A stretch of DNA of 64,000 nt from Octopus vulgaris (taxonomy: Eukaryota), in assembly GCA_951406725.2 (NCBI GenBank), contig OX597823.1, positions 98,270,001 to 98,334,000 on the forward strand, read 5' to 3'. The position numbers and the translations under genes are program-made. The notes under the pieces were generated by a model, which was given only the letters and a program-made list of their open reading frames with translations, did not search any database and had not been told where the DNA came from. Within the stretch, counting starts at the first letter, position 1. Each line of letters begins with the position of its first letter. Positions 16,725-32,539 of this stretch are shown one piece after another.

Positions 16725-18129
16725 TATATATATATATATATACACACAAATATGTATATATATATATATATACAAATGTACGGATTTCTATGCCACTGAA
16801 ACCGGTAAACCGGCCCTTACGACCCTGGCATGGCTCGAGAAGGAACATTTATTTTTATTTATATATATATGTGTGTGTTTGTATGTGTATATATATATAT
16901 ATTTATTTATGTTTATATATATATTTATGTATGCATATGTAAGTATATTTATTTATGTTTATATATATATTTATGTATGTATATGTAAGTATATGTATAT
17001 ATATTTATATATATGTATGTATGTATAGGTATATGTGGATACATGTATATATGTATGTTTATGTATATGAAAAGTTAAGAATATTTTGAGACTATTTAGC
17101 AAGCGACAAGTTGACTTGCAGAGGAATTGATCAACGCTGAATTGACTGGAGAGATATGAGCCTACAATTAGATAACAGGGAACGTATTACCCTTACAGGG
17201 TTCATGCTTTGTTGATCATTGATCAGAGGACAAGTCCTCCTTCAGTTTTCTTCCTACAAACAAATATTTTATGGTAGCTGCTATTGAAATGAAACATAAA
17301 TCCAGAATGTAGCTGTAATGGGTTGAGTATCTTGCATTCAGTGTATTTAAATCATAATTATATGCATAATCATTTGTGATTGCCTCTGTTTGCTTAATTG
17401 AAAAATGTGCAATTATACAACACAGTATTCTTGCTGTAACAATGTATAAATTTTGAATGTCTTAAGCTCACTTTTGGTGTTTTTTGATCACTTTTGTCTG
17501 TTATGTAAAGATATCTGGTCTAAGTTAGGCTTTAGATAATGTTTTTTTACCTTCTGTTTTTTTAATGTGTATTTGAAACCCTAACCTCTGCTTTAGGATC
17601 TTTCATTCATTAATCATAATCTAATCATTCCTGTTATGATTTAAACAAAATATTATTAGAAACTGTGTTTCTTTCCTTTTTCTCTCTCATTCTTTAGCTT
17701 TAGTTTTTCAGTTTTTTTAATATTGGATCAAATTACACATCTTGGTTGATTATTGAAAGATTTGTATGTTTTTCAAGTAGAAAAGGAATTTATAATGAAC
17801 ATAATTTTTTTAGTATAAGAAGGATTTAAATTTTGGATTAAAACCAGACAGATTGGTTGGTTCTAGCATGGTGGCAAAATGTAATTTTAATTAATGAAGA
17901 ATTTAGCCTTAAAGAAAAGTGCCATTTAAAAATAAAATTCAATTTACAAAATTAGTTAGGGCAACATATATTGCTTTCTAGATTCTCTTATGGAACATTG
18001 AAATCTACTCAGTGCATGATTTTGCTTTTCATTCTTCTTGCTTGATAATATAGCTACAGTTAAATATGATATAGTTAGTTCACCTGGATATATCTTCTCT
18101 GATTACCATGAAATAAAGTATAAAAAAAA

Positions 18130-18490
18130 GGTGTATGAGTGGTCTATGAGCAGAGGAGTGTTTGTGTTGTAAAAAGTTTGCTTCCCAACCACATGGTACG
18201 TTGGGCAAGTGGATTTGGTAGACAGAAACTGAAAGAAGCCCATCATATGTATGTGTGTGTGTGTGTGTGTGTCTTTGTTCTGAGTTTGTCCTCCAACACT
18301 GCTTTATAACCAGTGTTTGTGCATTTGCATCCCTATAACTTAGTGGTTCGGGAAAGAGCGACCAATGGAATAAGTACCAGGCTTTTAAGAAAATAAGTCT
18401 TGGGGTCAATTCATTCAATTAAAAATTCTTCACAGTAGTGCCCCAGCATGGCCACAGTCAAATGACTGAAACAAGTAAAAGATAAAAAGT
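18130..18490 (+). mobile_element. tRNA-derived SINE, family A (internal (TG)n, CR1-like tail)
   Basis: Shares CAACCACATGG, GTGGATTTGGTAGAC.GAAACTGAAAGAAGCC and the tail CAGCATGGCCACAGTCAAATGACTGAAACAAGTAAAAGA with many copies in the window. Confidence 0.75.
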
Positions 18491-18753
18491 AAATATTAAA
18501 AACAAGCAAACATACACACACACACTTAGATCAATTTTATTTATTCTTGTGAGTTGAATTGGCCATGTGACTCTGGTTCAAATTTCCAGTACAAACTGTT
18601 CCACATATCACTAATTGCTCTTTTGGAGAAAAGAAAGCCACCCCACCATATAATTATTAGAAGCGCAATGAAATGGAGTTTTAGTAATTACTCAAGTAAA
18701 ATTTCATCAGATAAATATAATGTTAATTATTCTGTTAGTGGAGGATGGAGACT

Positions 18754-18927
18754 ATCATCATCATCATTTAGCGTCCGCTTTCCATGCTAGCATGGGTTGG
18801 ACAGTTCAACTGGGGTCTGGGAAGCCAGAAGGCTGCACCAGGCCCAGTCTGATCTGGCAGTGTTTCTACAGCTGGATGCCCTTCCTAATGTCAACCACTC
18901 CGTGAGTGTAGTGGGTGCTTTTTACGT
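18754..18927 (-). mobile_element. Family B repeat (RTE 3'-end/SINE) with (GAT)n tail
   Basis: CATCATCAT...CCATGCTAGCATGGGTTGGAC...CAGCTGGATGCCCTTCCTAA is repeated throughout the window. Confidence 0.8.
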
Positions 18928-19377
18928 TGCCATAAAATTATACAGAATCAATAAATTCTGTTAACGGACTCCACCTGCAAGAAATTAACCATAATTTTCC
19001 TGAAACTATTATTATCTGAATTAATTTCTGCAAGATAGTTTAAACATTTTTTCTCAAAGTATCATTTCAGTTTGTTATAAATAGTTAATTCTACTTAAGT
19101 TTTATATATTTGTTTCCCAACCATTGTTGTAATTAAGAGCCGTAGATTAATGCATGTGGCTTTGATCAAAAGTGTCTAGAGTTCACCATCCAATCTTAAT
19201 GTACTGTATGTTCTGGCATACAAGGCAACATATATAGTGTAAACATATAAAACATCATCACTCTATTTCCAAATCCTGCTGCAATTCACGTGGAAATTTT
19301 GGTCCTCTGAAGTTGTCTTGGTATATAAATTGGTCTACCTCTTTTGACTGTTAATTTTGATCTGAATAATTCAACTT

Positions 19378-20835
19378 GTTAAATATCTGCCCCACATTAC
19401 TCCTTTTGAGCCTAAATCCTACCTATTTTTCTGCAAGGAGTTCTTTGGCCTTCCCTTTAAGTCTGTTTACTAGAACTCTTAGCAATACTTTGCTGTGGTA
19501 GCAGATTACGTTGATTGTTCTACAATTCTAGCAGAGTCTTATGTTGCCTTTTTTTGGAATGGGTATAATCAGTGATTGGGTCCACTCCTTTAGCCACTGC
19601 TTCAGTCCCATATCTTCTGACAGGTCACTGTTAGTGCCTTGATAAGCTTTGGTCCTCCATATTTTAGGAGTAGTGTGGAGCAGATATTCGACATTAGACT
19701 GTTCACTGAGAGATATCTGCAACACCAGACTATCACAACTTCGGTTTTGAAAAGTCTTTTGACCATGCCTGACATAATGGGTTGTGGCAGCTGATGAAGA
19801 ATTGCTTCTTCAGCAACGGCCTCATCGAAGTAATCCAAGCACTGTATGAAAACTCAAGCAGTGCAGTTCTCTTGGACAACATCAGAGAATTATTCAGGAC
19901 AACAGTGGATGTTCAACAAGGATGTCAACTCTCTCCAGTACTTTTTAACATCTTCCTGGAGAACATCATCCAAAAAACACTTCAAGACCTCCATCACACT
20001 TTTTCCATTGGAGGATGGCCTATTTCCAATCTGTGCTTTGCTGATGATATTGGTCTGCTAGGAAGCAGTGAAGTAGAACTACAGAAGCTCACCAAGAGAC
20101 TGGAAAAAGTATCAGGAGCATATGGGATGGAGATCAGCCCAGAAAAAAAAGCAAGATCCTGGTTAATAGTAACAATCAGAATACAGTAACCAACATCATG
20201 CTGAATGAAGAAGTACTTGATAAAGTGAACGCCTTCAAGTACTTAGAATCCACTTTGACCAAGGAGAACAGGTCTCAAAATGAAATAACAAAAATTCAGT
20301 TTAGCCTCTGCTGCTACCATATGGAAAAGAAAATCAATTCCATTAATTTTGCAACAAGACTCACTGTATAAATCCCTGTTGACTTTGAGCCTTCTGTATG
20401 GGTGTAGAAACTGGACTCTTACAGTTGACATGGAGTGAAAAATCCAGGCATCTGAGCACATGTACCTCAAGAGGCTGCTACACATCCTGTACACAGAGCA
20501 CAAAACAAATAGTTTTGTAAGACAGCAAGTCAACAAATGGGCCAGCAGGCAAGAACCACTTGTTGCACAGATAAAAAGACAAACGTTTGCCTGGTATGGT
20601 CATGTATCTTGCCACAACTCCCTGTTTAAAATCTTCAGGGCACAGTTGAGGGAGGGTGAGAAGTAGACAGGAAAAACCTTGGTTTGACAGCATCAAGGAC
20701 TGGACAGGTCACAAAACTGCAAACCTGTTATGTATGACAGAAAAAAGAGACCAGTGGTGGTGGCTGACTATGAAAGCATCTGGAGTGGTGCCCCCACAAT
20801 TGGCTGCATCAGTTAAGGGATCTTGATGATGATGA
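19378..20835 (+). mobile_element. Degenerate RTE LINE with a 5' inversion (19378-19664 inverted) and (GAT)n tail
   Basis: Minus part: EWTQSLIIPIPKKGN...GFRLKRSNVGQIFN. Plus part: RSSVEQIF...VQQGCQLSPVLFNI...LCFADDI...WYGHVS. It ends TAAGGGATCTTGATGATGATGA. Confidence 0.85.
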
Positions 20836-22274
20836 ATTTGACTTGTGTGCTGGAAAATACAGTATATTCAGGACCAGTGCCTGCTTGTAGATAAAATTAG
20901 TTGGTGTGTGGCTTCAGAAAATTTTTAGCCAATGTTTTAATATTGTGTAAAAGGAAATAAACATATAAAAAGAATATTTATACATAAACTTGGTCGGTTC
21001 ACGTTTTAGCCACTGCTGGGTAGTGTGTTTAATTTGTTCACTGGACACTGCTGCAAATTCCCCCTTGTTTTTCAAAAATCCTCACTAATTCACAAAGTAA
21101 GGGGTAAATCTGCCTTATTTTTCAAATCCTGGCTGCAACACTGTAGCTGGAAGCAGGATAATAATCTAATTCTACACTTTATTCACATTCAAGAATATAA
21201 ACACACTTTTAAGCACAACACACGCGAAATCAAAAAGTAACACTGCCTTTCACCCGCAGTGCGTGAATGACAGTGCTCCCTCTCCCTAACGCGAAGCTTC
21301 TTATCTCGGATATGTGAGCATGTTCACAACAGCCAAACACCACGTCACTAGAACTATGAAGCACACAGTTCTATACAAGGATTTTTGTATTTTTTTCATA
21401 AACTAAGGGATGGCTACTGACATCAGGCTCAAGGATTGTGTAATGTACAAGTATAAAGAAAGAATTAAAGAAAAAAGGATTCATTATATTGAATGTTATT
21501 GATAATATCAAGCGGAAATACAGGGTGCTGCTGTTTCGCAGTGCCTATACACAAACCGCCACTGTTCAGGACTATATTATTCGCGGTATCCTCTCAACCT
21601 CCTTGTCTTTTTTGAAGACAGGGTGTGAGCTTAGGAGATTTCGTTGCTATTTCTAGTAGTTTCAGTGATCCTTATAAAGGCTCTCCCATTGGTTCCTGCT
21701 CTACTTAAGCAGATCTGTTGAACACAGGTAACCAACTGAATATTCTGTAATCTTGGACTGTGTTGGAAACTTTGCCAAACTATAATTTGATTGTATGGAG
21801 GGCTGGCAGCTCCTGCAATTCAAACCATACTCCATATCATTCTCCATTGAATTAACCTCTGAGGTGAGGGGTTCAAATAGTGGTTAGAACAAGCAAGCAA
21901 GTAGCACAGTATGTGTTACTTCTGGGCATAATATTTTGCTTGATACATGGTTAGAACTTGTGATTGTCAAATCGCTAGCCTAGTAGTACAAATATTCCAG
22001 AGACTCTGGTGATTAGATAATTATCCAAACCATGTGCATTGGCATTGTTTTAATAATTCAATCAACAATGGCCAGTGGTCAAGATTTTATTGATTTTTGC
22101 CAAAGTTCTTTGTAATACTTTGAAGGCGACTTGAAATCTGACTGAATAATACCAAAATATTGTCAACATGCCAGTGTTTCTATTAGAATATTTATGCAAC
22201 GCTAAAAATGATGTATATATATATACATACATGTGTGTATATACATATACATATATGTGTATATATACATATCA

Positions 22275-22790
22275 GCATCATCATCATCGTTGTTTAACGT
22301 CCATTTTACATGCTGGCATGGGTTTGATGGTTTGACTGAGGACTGGCAAGCTGGGAGGCTGCACCAGACTCCAATCTGATTTGGCAAGGTTTCTACATGA
22401 GTTCTGGTCAGGTGGCACTAGCATGGGCCATGCTTGAATGGTGCTTTTTATGTGCCACCGACATGGGTGCCAGTTGAGCAGCACTGGTATCAGCCATGAC
22501 TACGATTTCACTTAGTTCCACAGGTCTTCACAAGTACTGCATATTGCCCTATGATTGAAGAGTGCTTCCTAATGGGCCAGTTATGTGACACTGGCATTGA
22601 CCATGGCTATGATCTCACTTGGCTTCTCAAGCACAGCATATCTCCAAAGGTCTTGGTCACTTTTCCATTACCTCTGTGAAGCCCAACATTCGAAGGTCAT
22701 GCTTCACCACCTCATCCCAGGGTCTAATTCTTTGAAAGGTTCCCTCCACTGTTAGGGTGTGACACTTCTTCACACAGCTATCCTCATGTG
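22275..22790 (-). mobile_element. RTE LINE 3' end (ORF C-terminus running into the family B 3' sequence and (GAT)n tail)
   Basis: DSCVKKCHTLTVEG...WDEVVKHDLRMLG is followed by family B sequence and a GAT tail. Confidence 0.7.
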
Positions 22791-23249
22791 TATGTATAAT
22801 GACTAATGCATACATTTCCACAATTCTCAACCTATTTTCACCAAACTTTATGCACATATTGTAGGCGTACGAGTGGCTGTGTGGTAAGTAGCTTGCTTAC
22901 AAACCACATTGGACTTACTGTTACAAATTCATAGCAGGTATCAACCAAGTTGGTAACACTACAATTGTCTTTTAAGCTGTGGCGGTAGAGTTAGTTGCTG
23001 AACAAACCGCCATGATAACACAGGAAAATGACAGTGGTCTGAAATCTGTTAGGCGAGTGTCATTAGAACGATGGTAAGAACAAGACTGCTAGACAAACGT
23101 CATTAGGACAATGGTAGATGCATGTGGTCTGGTCAGAGATCAATGCTCCCTGGTGTCCATTTGGCAAGAGAATATATAGGTGTCAGCTGCGACATCACCT
23201 GGTGGCATTAACCAGCAAAGGGATGCAATTCAGCTATCCTGCTATGCTA

Positions 23250-23526
<277 letters not shown>

Positions 23527-23630
23527 CAATACAGGGTAGCAAAAAAAATTCAAGAAAAATTCAAGAAAAATTTTCTGCAACCAGCGGTCAAATGAGAATA
23601 TAGAAATAGTCACAGACTATATAATATATT

Positions 23631-23724
23631 CAACAAAAGTATTAAGGAATGACCCTGACAGGTCGTTCAACTCACTTGAGTGAGTTGAACGACCTGTCAG
23701 GGTCATTCCTTAATAATTTTGTTG
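23631..23724. repeat. Near-perfect palindrome (37-bp perfect arms, 2-nt spacer, extendable past one mismatch)
   Basis: 23640-23676 is the exact reverse complement of 23679-23715. Confidence 0.95.
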
Positions 23725-23728
23725 TATA

Positions 23729-23764
<36 letters not shown>

Positions 23765-23772
23765 CACATATA

Positions 23773-23811
<39 letters not shown>

Positions 23812-23842
23812 GCATATATATATATATATATATATATACACA

Positions 23843-24478
23843 CTAGCAGTATCGCCCGGCGTTGCTCGGGTTTGTAAGGGAAATAACTATATAAGCATTT
23901 TTAGAGAGTTATAGCCAAAAAATAGCAAAAAATGCATTAAAAATGGAAAAAATATGATGGTAAATTTTTTTTAAATCGTTGACTCATCGTAGACATTTTT
24001 AGAGAGTTACTTCCCTTATATAATAGCGAAAAAATGCATTAAAATGGAAAAAAAACGATGGTAAATTTTTTTTTAAATCGTAGACTCATGTAGACGCTTT
24101 CTTAGCCATTTCTGTTTTGGTGTCTTCAAGCCATGAAGTCGTTGTTCTAAAAGAACACTGGTCTCCTTGACAACGCATTACGACGTTGATTTCCTTACAC
24201 TCCCTTCCCCACAGGTGCAGGTGTGAGCGTGGACGCCAACTCCGCCGCCATCGACACACGAAAAATTATGCATTAAAATGGAATAAAAAATGATGTTAAA
24301 TTATTTTTAAAATCGTAGACTCATCGTAGACGCGCGCTAATATTCAGACGGGCTCGATATGAATCACGACTATAAGCTACCCGAATTTGGTTAAACTGTA
24401 CCGCAAAATGTGGGAGTAGTTAGGAATCTAAATCGAAGGGGACAGACACTCACACAACTACAGTTTTATATATATAGA
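23843..24478 (-). mobile_element. Non-autonomous Helitron
   Basis: The minus strand starts TC (TCTATATATATAAAACTG) and ends with the hairpin CCCGAGCAACGCCGGG followed by CTAG. It is inserted between A and T with no TSD and has internal sub-repeats. Confidence 0.8.
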
Positions 24479-24539
24479 TATACATAGCGCAGTAGTGGTG
24501 AGATATGACAGCAAAGAAAAGCATACATTCACTCTCTGC

Positions 24540-24912
24540 ATGCAATTAGACTCGGAAAGTTCATGAGGAACCCATTGACCCAATTTGCTGACTTTTCCGA
24601 TAGCACACAGGTGTCAATGAATGGTTGAATGACCAAATCCAAGCTTCTCTGCTAGTTCCTCAACAGTTACGATGATATTTTGTTCCACCAGGGTTTTCAG
24701 GATGTCCTTGTCGAGTTCTACAGATCTTTCCGGATGAGGCTCGTCTTCTAGGCTGTAGTTTATGGCTCGGGATTTCTGGAACCACCATTGACACTGCCTT
24801 ACGCTTATTGTCCAATCCCCATATACTGCATTAATATTTCTTGTACTTTGCACACATTTATATTCTGTTATTCTTTTATATGTTTCAGCCTTGAGGTTGT
24901 GGCCATGCTGGA
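24540..24912 (-). mobile_element. mariner transposase N-terminal (HTH) remnant
   Basis: TRNINAVYGDWTISVRQCQWWFQK...SLEDEPHPERSVELD..L..LVEQN...TVEELAEKLG..HSTI matches the mariner DNA-binding region. Confidence 0.8.
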
Positions 24913-25041
24913 TCATGTGTGTGTGTGTGTGTGTGTGTCTATCTGTCTGTCTGTCTGTATGTATATATGTATATGTATGTGTGTGAACAATAATATTTTC
25001 AACAGATGTGTTGCAAATGTATCTGATTGTTCTCAAGCTTC

Positions 25042-25046
<5 letters not shown>

Positions 25047-25087
<41 letters not shown>

Positions 25088-25158
25088 ATGTATGTATGTA
25101 TGTATATGTATGTATGTATGTATGTATGTGTGTATGTATGTATGTGTGTGTGTATGTA

Positions 25159-25195
<37 letters not shown>

Positions 25196-25230
25196 ATGTA
25201 TGTATGTATGTATGTATGTATGAGTGTATG
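25047..25230. repeat. (TG)n/(TATG)n microsatellite
   Basis: Directly visible. Confidence 0.95.
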
Positions 25231-25645
25231 TTTACTTTATTACTAATTACTCTCTTCCAAGAACATTTTCACTCACTCTTAGCTCTTAGCTTCCCATACA
25301 TTTTACTCATATATCTATCAGCGTCATAGACAGAATACTTTCACTTTAGTCTTCCTCAAATCACTCTGTCGCTATTTACTTTCATTTTATTCGTTGCCCA
25401 CTGTGTGTGTGCGTTTGCGTATGGTGTAAACCAGACTAAGAAAAGCATTTGACACACACACCAGAATGTGAGTTTTCTGTAAATTTTGCTTAATTGGAGT
25501 TTAAATTTTAAAAACTGGACCTGGCATGACGCGATGCATTGTACTCTCAAAAATGCCAGGTAAATTGTAATTGAAGAAATCCTATATTGTAGATTTGTAT
25601 AACTCCCAAAGGGAGGCAGATAAAATCTGCCTTTTATAATAAGAG

Positions 25646-28179
<2,534 letters not shown>

Positions 28180-28230
28180 GGCGGTGCTCCATCATGGCTG
28201 CAGTCAAAATGACTGAAACAAGTAAAAGAG
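28180..28230 (+). mobile_element. Family A SINE 3'-tail stub inside a microsatellite
   Basis: GGCGGTGCTCCATCATGGCTGCAGTCAAAATGACTGAAACAAGTAAAAGAG. Confidence 0.8.
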
Positions 28231-28369
28231 TATATATACATATATATATATATACATATATACACATATATATATATATACACATATATATATATATATA
28301 TATACATATATATACATATATATATATACATATATATACATATATATATATACATATATATACATATAC

Positions 28370-28416
<47 letters not shown>

Positions 28417-28497
28417 TATATACATATATATACACACATATATATACATATATATATATATATACACACATATATATATATACATATATATACATAT

Positions 28498-28722
28498 AAG
28501 TGGCCGTCTGCCAGCCTCGTCTGGCACCTGTGTCGGTGGCACATAAAATCACCCACTACACTCTCGGAGTGGTTGGCGTTAGGAAGGGCATCCAGCTGTA
28601 GAAACACTGCCACATCTGACTGGCCTGGTGCGGCCTTCGGGCTTCCCAGACCCCAGTTGAACCGTCCAACCCATGCTAGCATGGAAAGCGGACGTTAAAC
28701 GATGATGATGATGATGATGATG

Positions 28723-28723
<1 letters not shown>
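28498..28723 (+). mobile_element. Young family B (RTE 3'-end/SINE) copy with (GAT)n tail
   Basis: GGAGTGGTTGGCGTTAGGAAGGGCATCCAGCTGTAGAAAC...CCATGCTAGCATGGAAAGCGGACGTTAAACGATGATGAT. Confidence 0.85.
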
Positions 28724-28753
<30 letters not shown>

Positions 28754-28782
28754 CATATATATATACATATATATACACACAT

Positions 28783-28813
<31 letters not shown>

Positions 28814-29569
28814 CATATATATATATATATGCACACACACACACATGTGCATATGTACTTGTATTTGTATGTCTGTATATATGTGTATGTATATATGAAT
28901 AAATGTATATGTTTGTAGTTATCACATAATTTGAGATATATTTTTTAATTACAGTAAAAGGTTTTTCATTTTGTGATAATGTTTACTTAATTGTAATTAT
29001 TTTGATTAAATTTACTTTTTTTTGTAAACATTTTTTTGTTATTAATTTAATTTTTTTTCTATGGATAATTCTTTAAGGCTATTTCAACATCACCTTCGTA
29101 TGACATGTCAAACACTTAAAACAAAGTTCTTGTGATTGATTGGAAATAAATTGAATTTCTTTTTTTTTTAATTTAGAAGTGAAGCATTCTGATATCCTGT
29201 GACTGACAATTTGAGTGTTGTTGATCAAATTCTATTCATGAATTACATAAATCACATTATTAAAAGTGATGTTATTATCAAATATAAAATGTGTGCTTGT
29301 CAGTATGTTTAAAGCAGTGGACTGGCATATAAATGTCTTATTGAATATTTCTATTTTATTGTTCTTTGCTTTATTCTACTAGAATATCGATTTTCTTTTA
29401 TCTTATCCTTTTACTAAATGAACACTTCCTATTTCTTAAAGTATATTTGAAACTAATACAACACTTATAGAGATTTTTCCCTCTTGTATCAATTTAAATT
29501 ATATTTTTAATTTTGGTTCAGTACTTGTTTTGCCAGATTTACTACTGTTGAAAATTCTCATAACTTCAG

Positions 29570-29818
29570 TTTCTTTACTACCCACAAGTAAAGGAGGTAA
29601 ACACAAGGAGCTAAACACAGAGGGGACAAACAAAGACAGACAAACGGATTAAGTCGATTACATCGACCCCAGTGCGTAATTGGTACTTAATTTATCGACC
29701 CCGAAATGATGAAAGGCAAAGTCGACCTCGGCGGAATTTGAACTCAGAATGTAATGGCAGACGAAATACGGCTACACATTTTGCCTGGCGTGCTAATGTT
29801 TCTGCCAGCTCGTCGCCT
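29570..29818 (-). mobile_element. tRNA-derived SINE, family C
   Basis: Head GGCGAGCTGGCAGAA-like, B box GAGTTCAAATTCC and central GCCTTTCATC.TTTCGGGGTCGATAAAT. A second copy lies at 49110-49322. Confidence 0.8.
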
Positions 29819-31026
29819 TCAAGTTCTCATAACTTCAGTATAACAAGCTGTTCCATTACATATGACATACCATTGATGGACACCACTTCCAGCTATCTAC
29901 AATAACTTCAGTTTCATCATATAATGTACTGCCTGGTAGCTTGTATGAATGGGGTTCCTCACATACCTTTATCTCAAGATTACCCGGCTAGAATATTGTT
30001 TTATAACTAACATGATCCATTTTTTATGAACATGTACATTTTCTGGTTACTAAAACATAAAAAAACGGCATCTTTATCCCTTTATCTTTCTTGTGTTTTA
30101 CATGTAGTACACAGGACATATTTCCCTGGTGTCTGTGCATTATATATGATACACATTCATAATTTTTTCAATTGTGAGTGTGACTTGGGATTTATGAATG
30201 GAAAACAAGGGCTATTTAAAAGTCTGAAAACAAACAATGATGTTTAGGACAAACTACCGAAAATGTTTTGGACAGGTTAAATGTCTTTTCACTTCTCATT
30301 TGTTTCTTCTATTAGATGAACTGTTGTTTCTCAATGAGATTAACATGCATATCACTAACGAGTTTATAAAATAGGAAAAAAACAAACAAATAAATAAAAC
30401 AAATGGAAAAACCTTACTGTTATACTTCTACTTTATATGTTTTATGTTGTTTGTAAATATGTTTTAGTAGGAAGACTAACTTTGGGATCCACATTATTTC
30501 TTTCAGTAATATTAGCATGTCTTGGTGTTTCTATTGATTGAGCTTTGGATCACAGTAATCCACATTTTAGTAATCCCTTCATGTTAACTGAACATTTTGT
30601 TAAAACTAGTTTCATTTTAGAACAACAGAACAATTTTTTTTTTGTGGAAAGTTGATATTGATTTGTAAGAGAAGTATTTTATCTTGAGTTTTTATAGCGT
30701 TAAGCAGATAATGCACAATTCCTCCCTTGGGTAAATCAGTCAGTTATCTTTTACAAGTTAATTGATCGAAATCTATTTAAGTGAGTTGACTAAGAATACA
30801 CAGCATAATGTAACTCTAGCAACAAACAAGGAGTTCATTATATCAAATGATGCTAAGAAGCTTGTATATTTATACCTAATTATTTGATGTGTCTAAATTC
30901 CAAGTTTCTAATGATTAGAAATAGGTTAGAAATTTTTAGAAATTGTAATATAACAAAATGTATGGACAAGGAATTTTAATTTAATTTTTTAATGAAATAT
31001 TCCACAGACTTAACAAAGTTATTTAT

Positions 31027-31106
31027 TAATCTGTTTAAACTGTTTTCTTTTTTTCTTTTTTTTTTATAATCTGTTTAAACTGTTTTCTTTTTTTCTTTTT
31101 TTTTTA
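31027..31106. repeat. 40-bp tandem duplication
   Basis: TAATCTGTTTAAACTGTTTTCTTTTTTTCTTTTTTTTTTA occurs twice. Confidence 0.85.
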
Positions 31107-31185
31107 TCTGGTATTGAAATAGTAAGGGAATATAGTTTAGTCTATGAACAACTGAATAAAGACTGTTTCATGTGTTCTCTCTATT

Positions 31186-31432
31186 CATCATCGTTTAACG
31201 TCCGTTTTCCATGCTAGCATGGGTTGGACAATTTGACTGAGGGCTGGTGAACCAGATGGCTGCACCAGGCTCCAGTCTTGATCTGGCAGAGTTTCTACAG
31301 CTGGATGCACTTCCTAACGCCAACCACTCCGAGAGTGTAGTGGGTGCTTTTACATGCCACTGGCACGAGGGCCAGTCAGGTGGTACTGGCAACAGCCACA
31401 CTCAAGTAGTGTTTTTTACGTACCACCTGCAT
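31186..31432 (-). mobile_element. Family B (RTE 3'-end/SINE) copy
   Basis: Same sequence family as 28498-28723. Similar copies lie at 34283-34550, 34966-35130, 51428-51650, 52980-53125 and 62347-62560. Confidence 0.8.
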
Positions 31433-31704
31433 GGAAACTGAAATTAGCGGGTTATTCATTTTTTTCTTATATTTATTATTCAGGATAAATTATCTAATTA
31501 TCTTTTACCTAATATTGGCTAAAAAATTCGCTCAGTCAAAGGATAAGGTTTTTAAAAATTCTGTTGTTTGGCTACTGATGTTTGATGAAAGTAATATTTA
31601 TAAATTTCATTCCATTTTTATGTGCTGATACTTTTAAATGACAGCAAGTAAAATTTTAAGAGTCTTTAAGTCATTTGTGGAGACCTATTGCTTTGTGTAT
31701 AGTT

Positions 31705-32455
31705 ATGCATGGTTATGACTGTGCAGTTAAGAAACTTGCTTTGCAACCACATGGTCTCAGGTTCAGTTCCACTGTATGGTATCTTGGATTAGTGTCTTCT
31801 ACTATAGCTCCATGCTGACCAAACACTTGCGAGTGAATTTGATTGACAAAAACTGTGAAAGTTCATTTGTCTGTATGTGTGCATGTGTATTTGTATGTGT
31901 GTATGTTTATGTGTGTATGTTTTCCTCACCCACTGCTTGACAACTGCTGTTTATTTACATTTTCATAACTTAGCAGTTACTCTTTTTTTTTGTACTTGTT
32001 TCAGTCATGTGACTGCGGCCATGCTGGAGCACCGCCTTTAGTCGAGCAAATCGACCCCAGGACTTGTTCTTTGTAAGCCTAGTACTTATTCTATCGTGAA
32101 TACACCAGCATCGGCTGTCAAGCGATGTTTGGGGGACAAGCACAGACACACAAACATATATTTATATACATATATATGACGAGCTTCTTTCAGTTTCCGT
32201 CTACCAAATCCACTCACTAGGCTTTGGTTGGCCTGAAGCTATAGTAGAAAACACTTGCCCAAGGTGCCACGCAGTGTGATTGAACCGGAACCATGTGGTT
32301 AGTAAGCAAGCTACTTACCACACAGCCTCTTCTGCTGAGAATAAGTACTGGACTTAAAAAATAAGTACTGGGGTTGTTCTGTTCAACTAAAACTCTCCTA
32401 GGCAGTGCCCCAGCATGGCTGCAGTTCAGTGACTAAAGCAAGTAATAGATAAAGT
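31705..32455 (+). mobile_element. Family A SINE (+) interrupted by an antisense family A SINE (31979-32335)
   Basis: The host head and body run to ~31978, then a reverse-complement copy, then the host tail resumes at ~32336. Confidence 0.75.
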
Positions 32456-32499
32456 ATATATGTAATTATATACATACATATATATATAAATATATATAT

Positions 32500-32539
<40 letters not shown>

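Noticed and set aside
21522-21575. Hammerhead-like remnant on the minus strand (CTGAACA...TGCGAAACAGCAG)
   Set aside because: The core deviates from CUGANGA, there is no UH cleavage site, and stem I does not pair. At best it is a dead relic.
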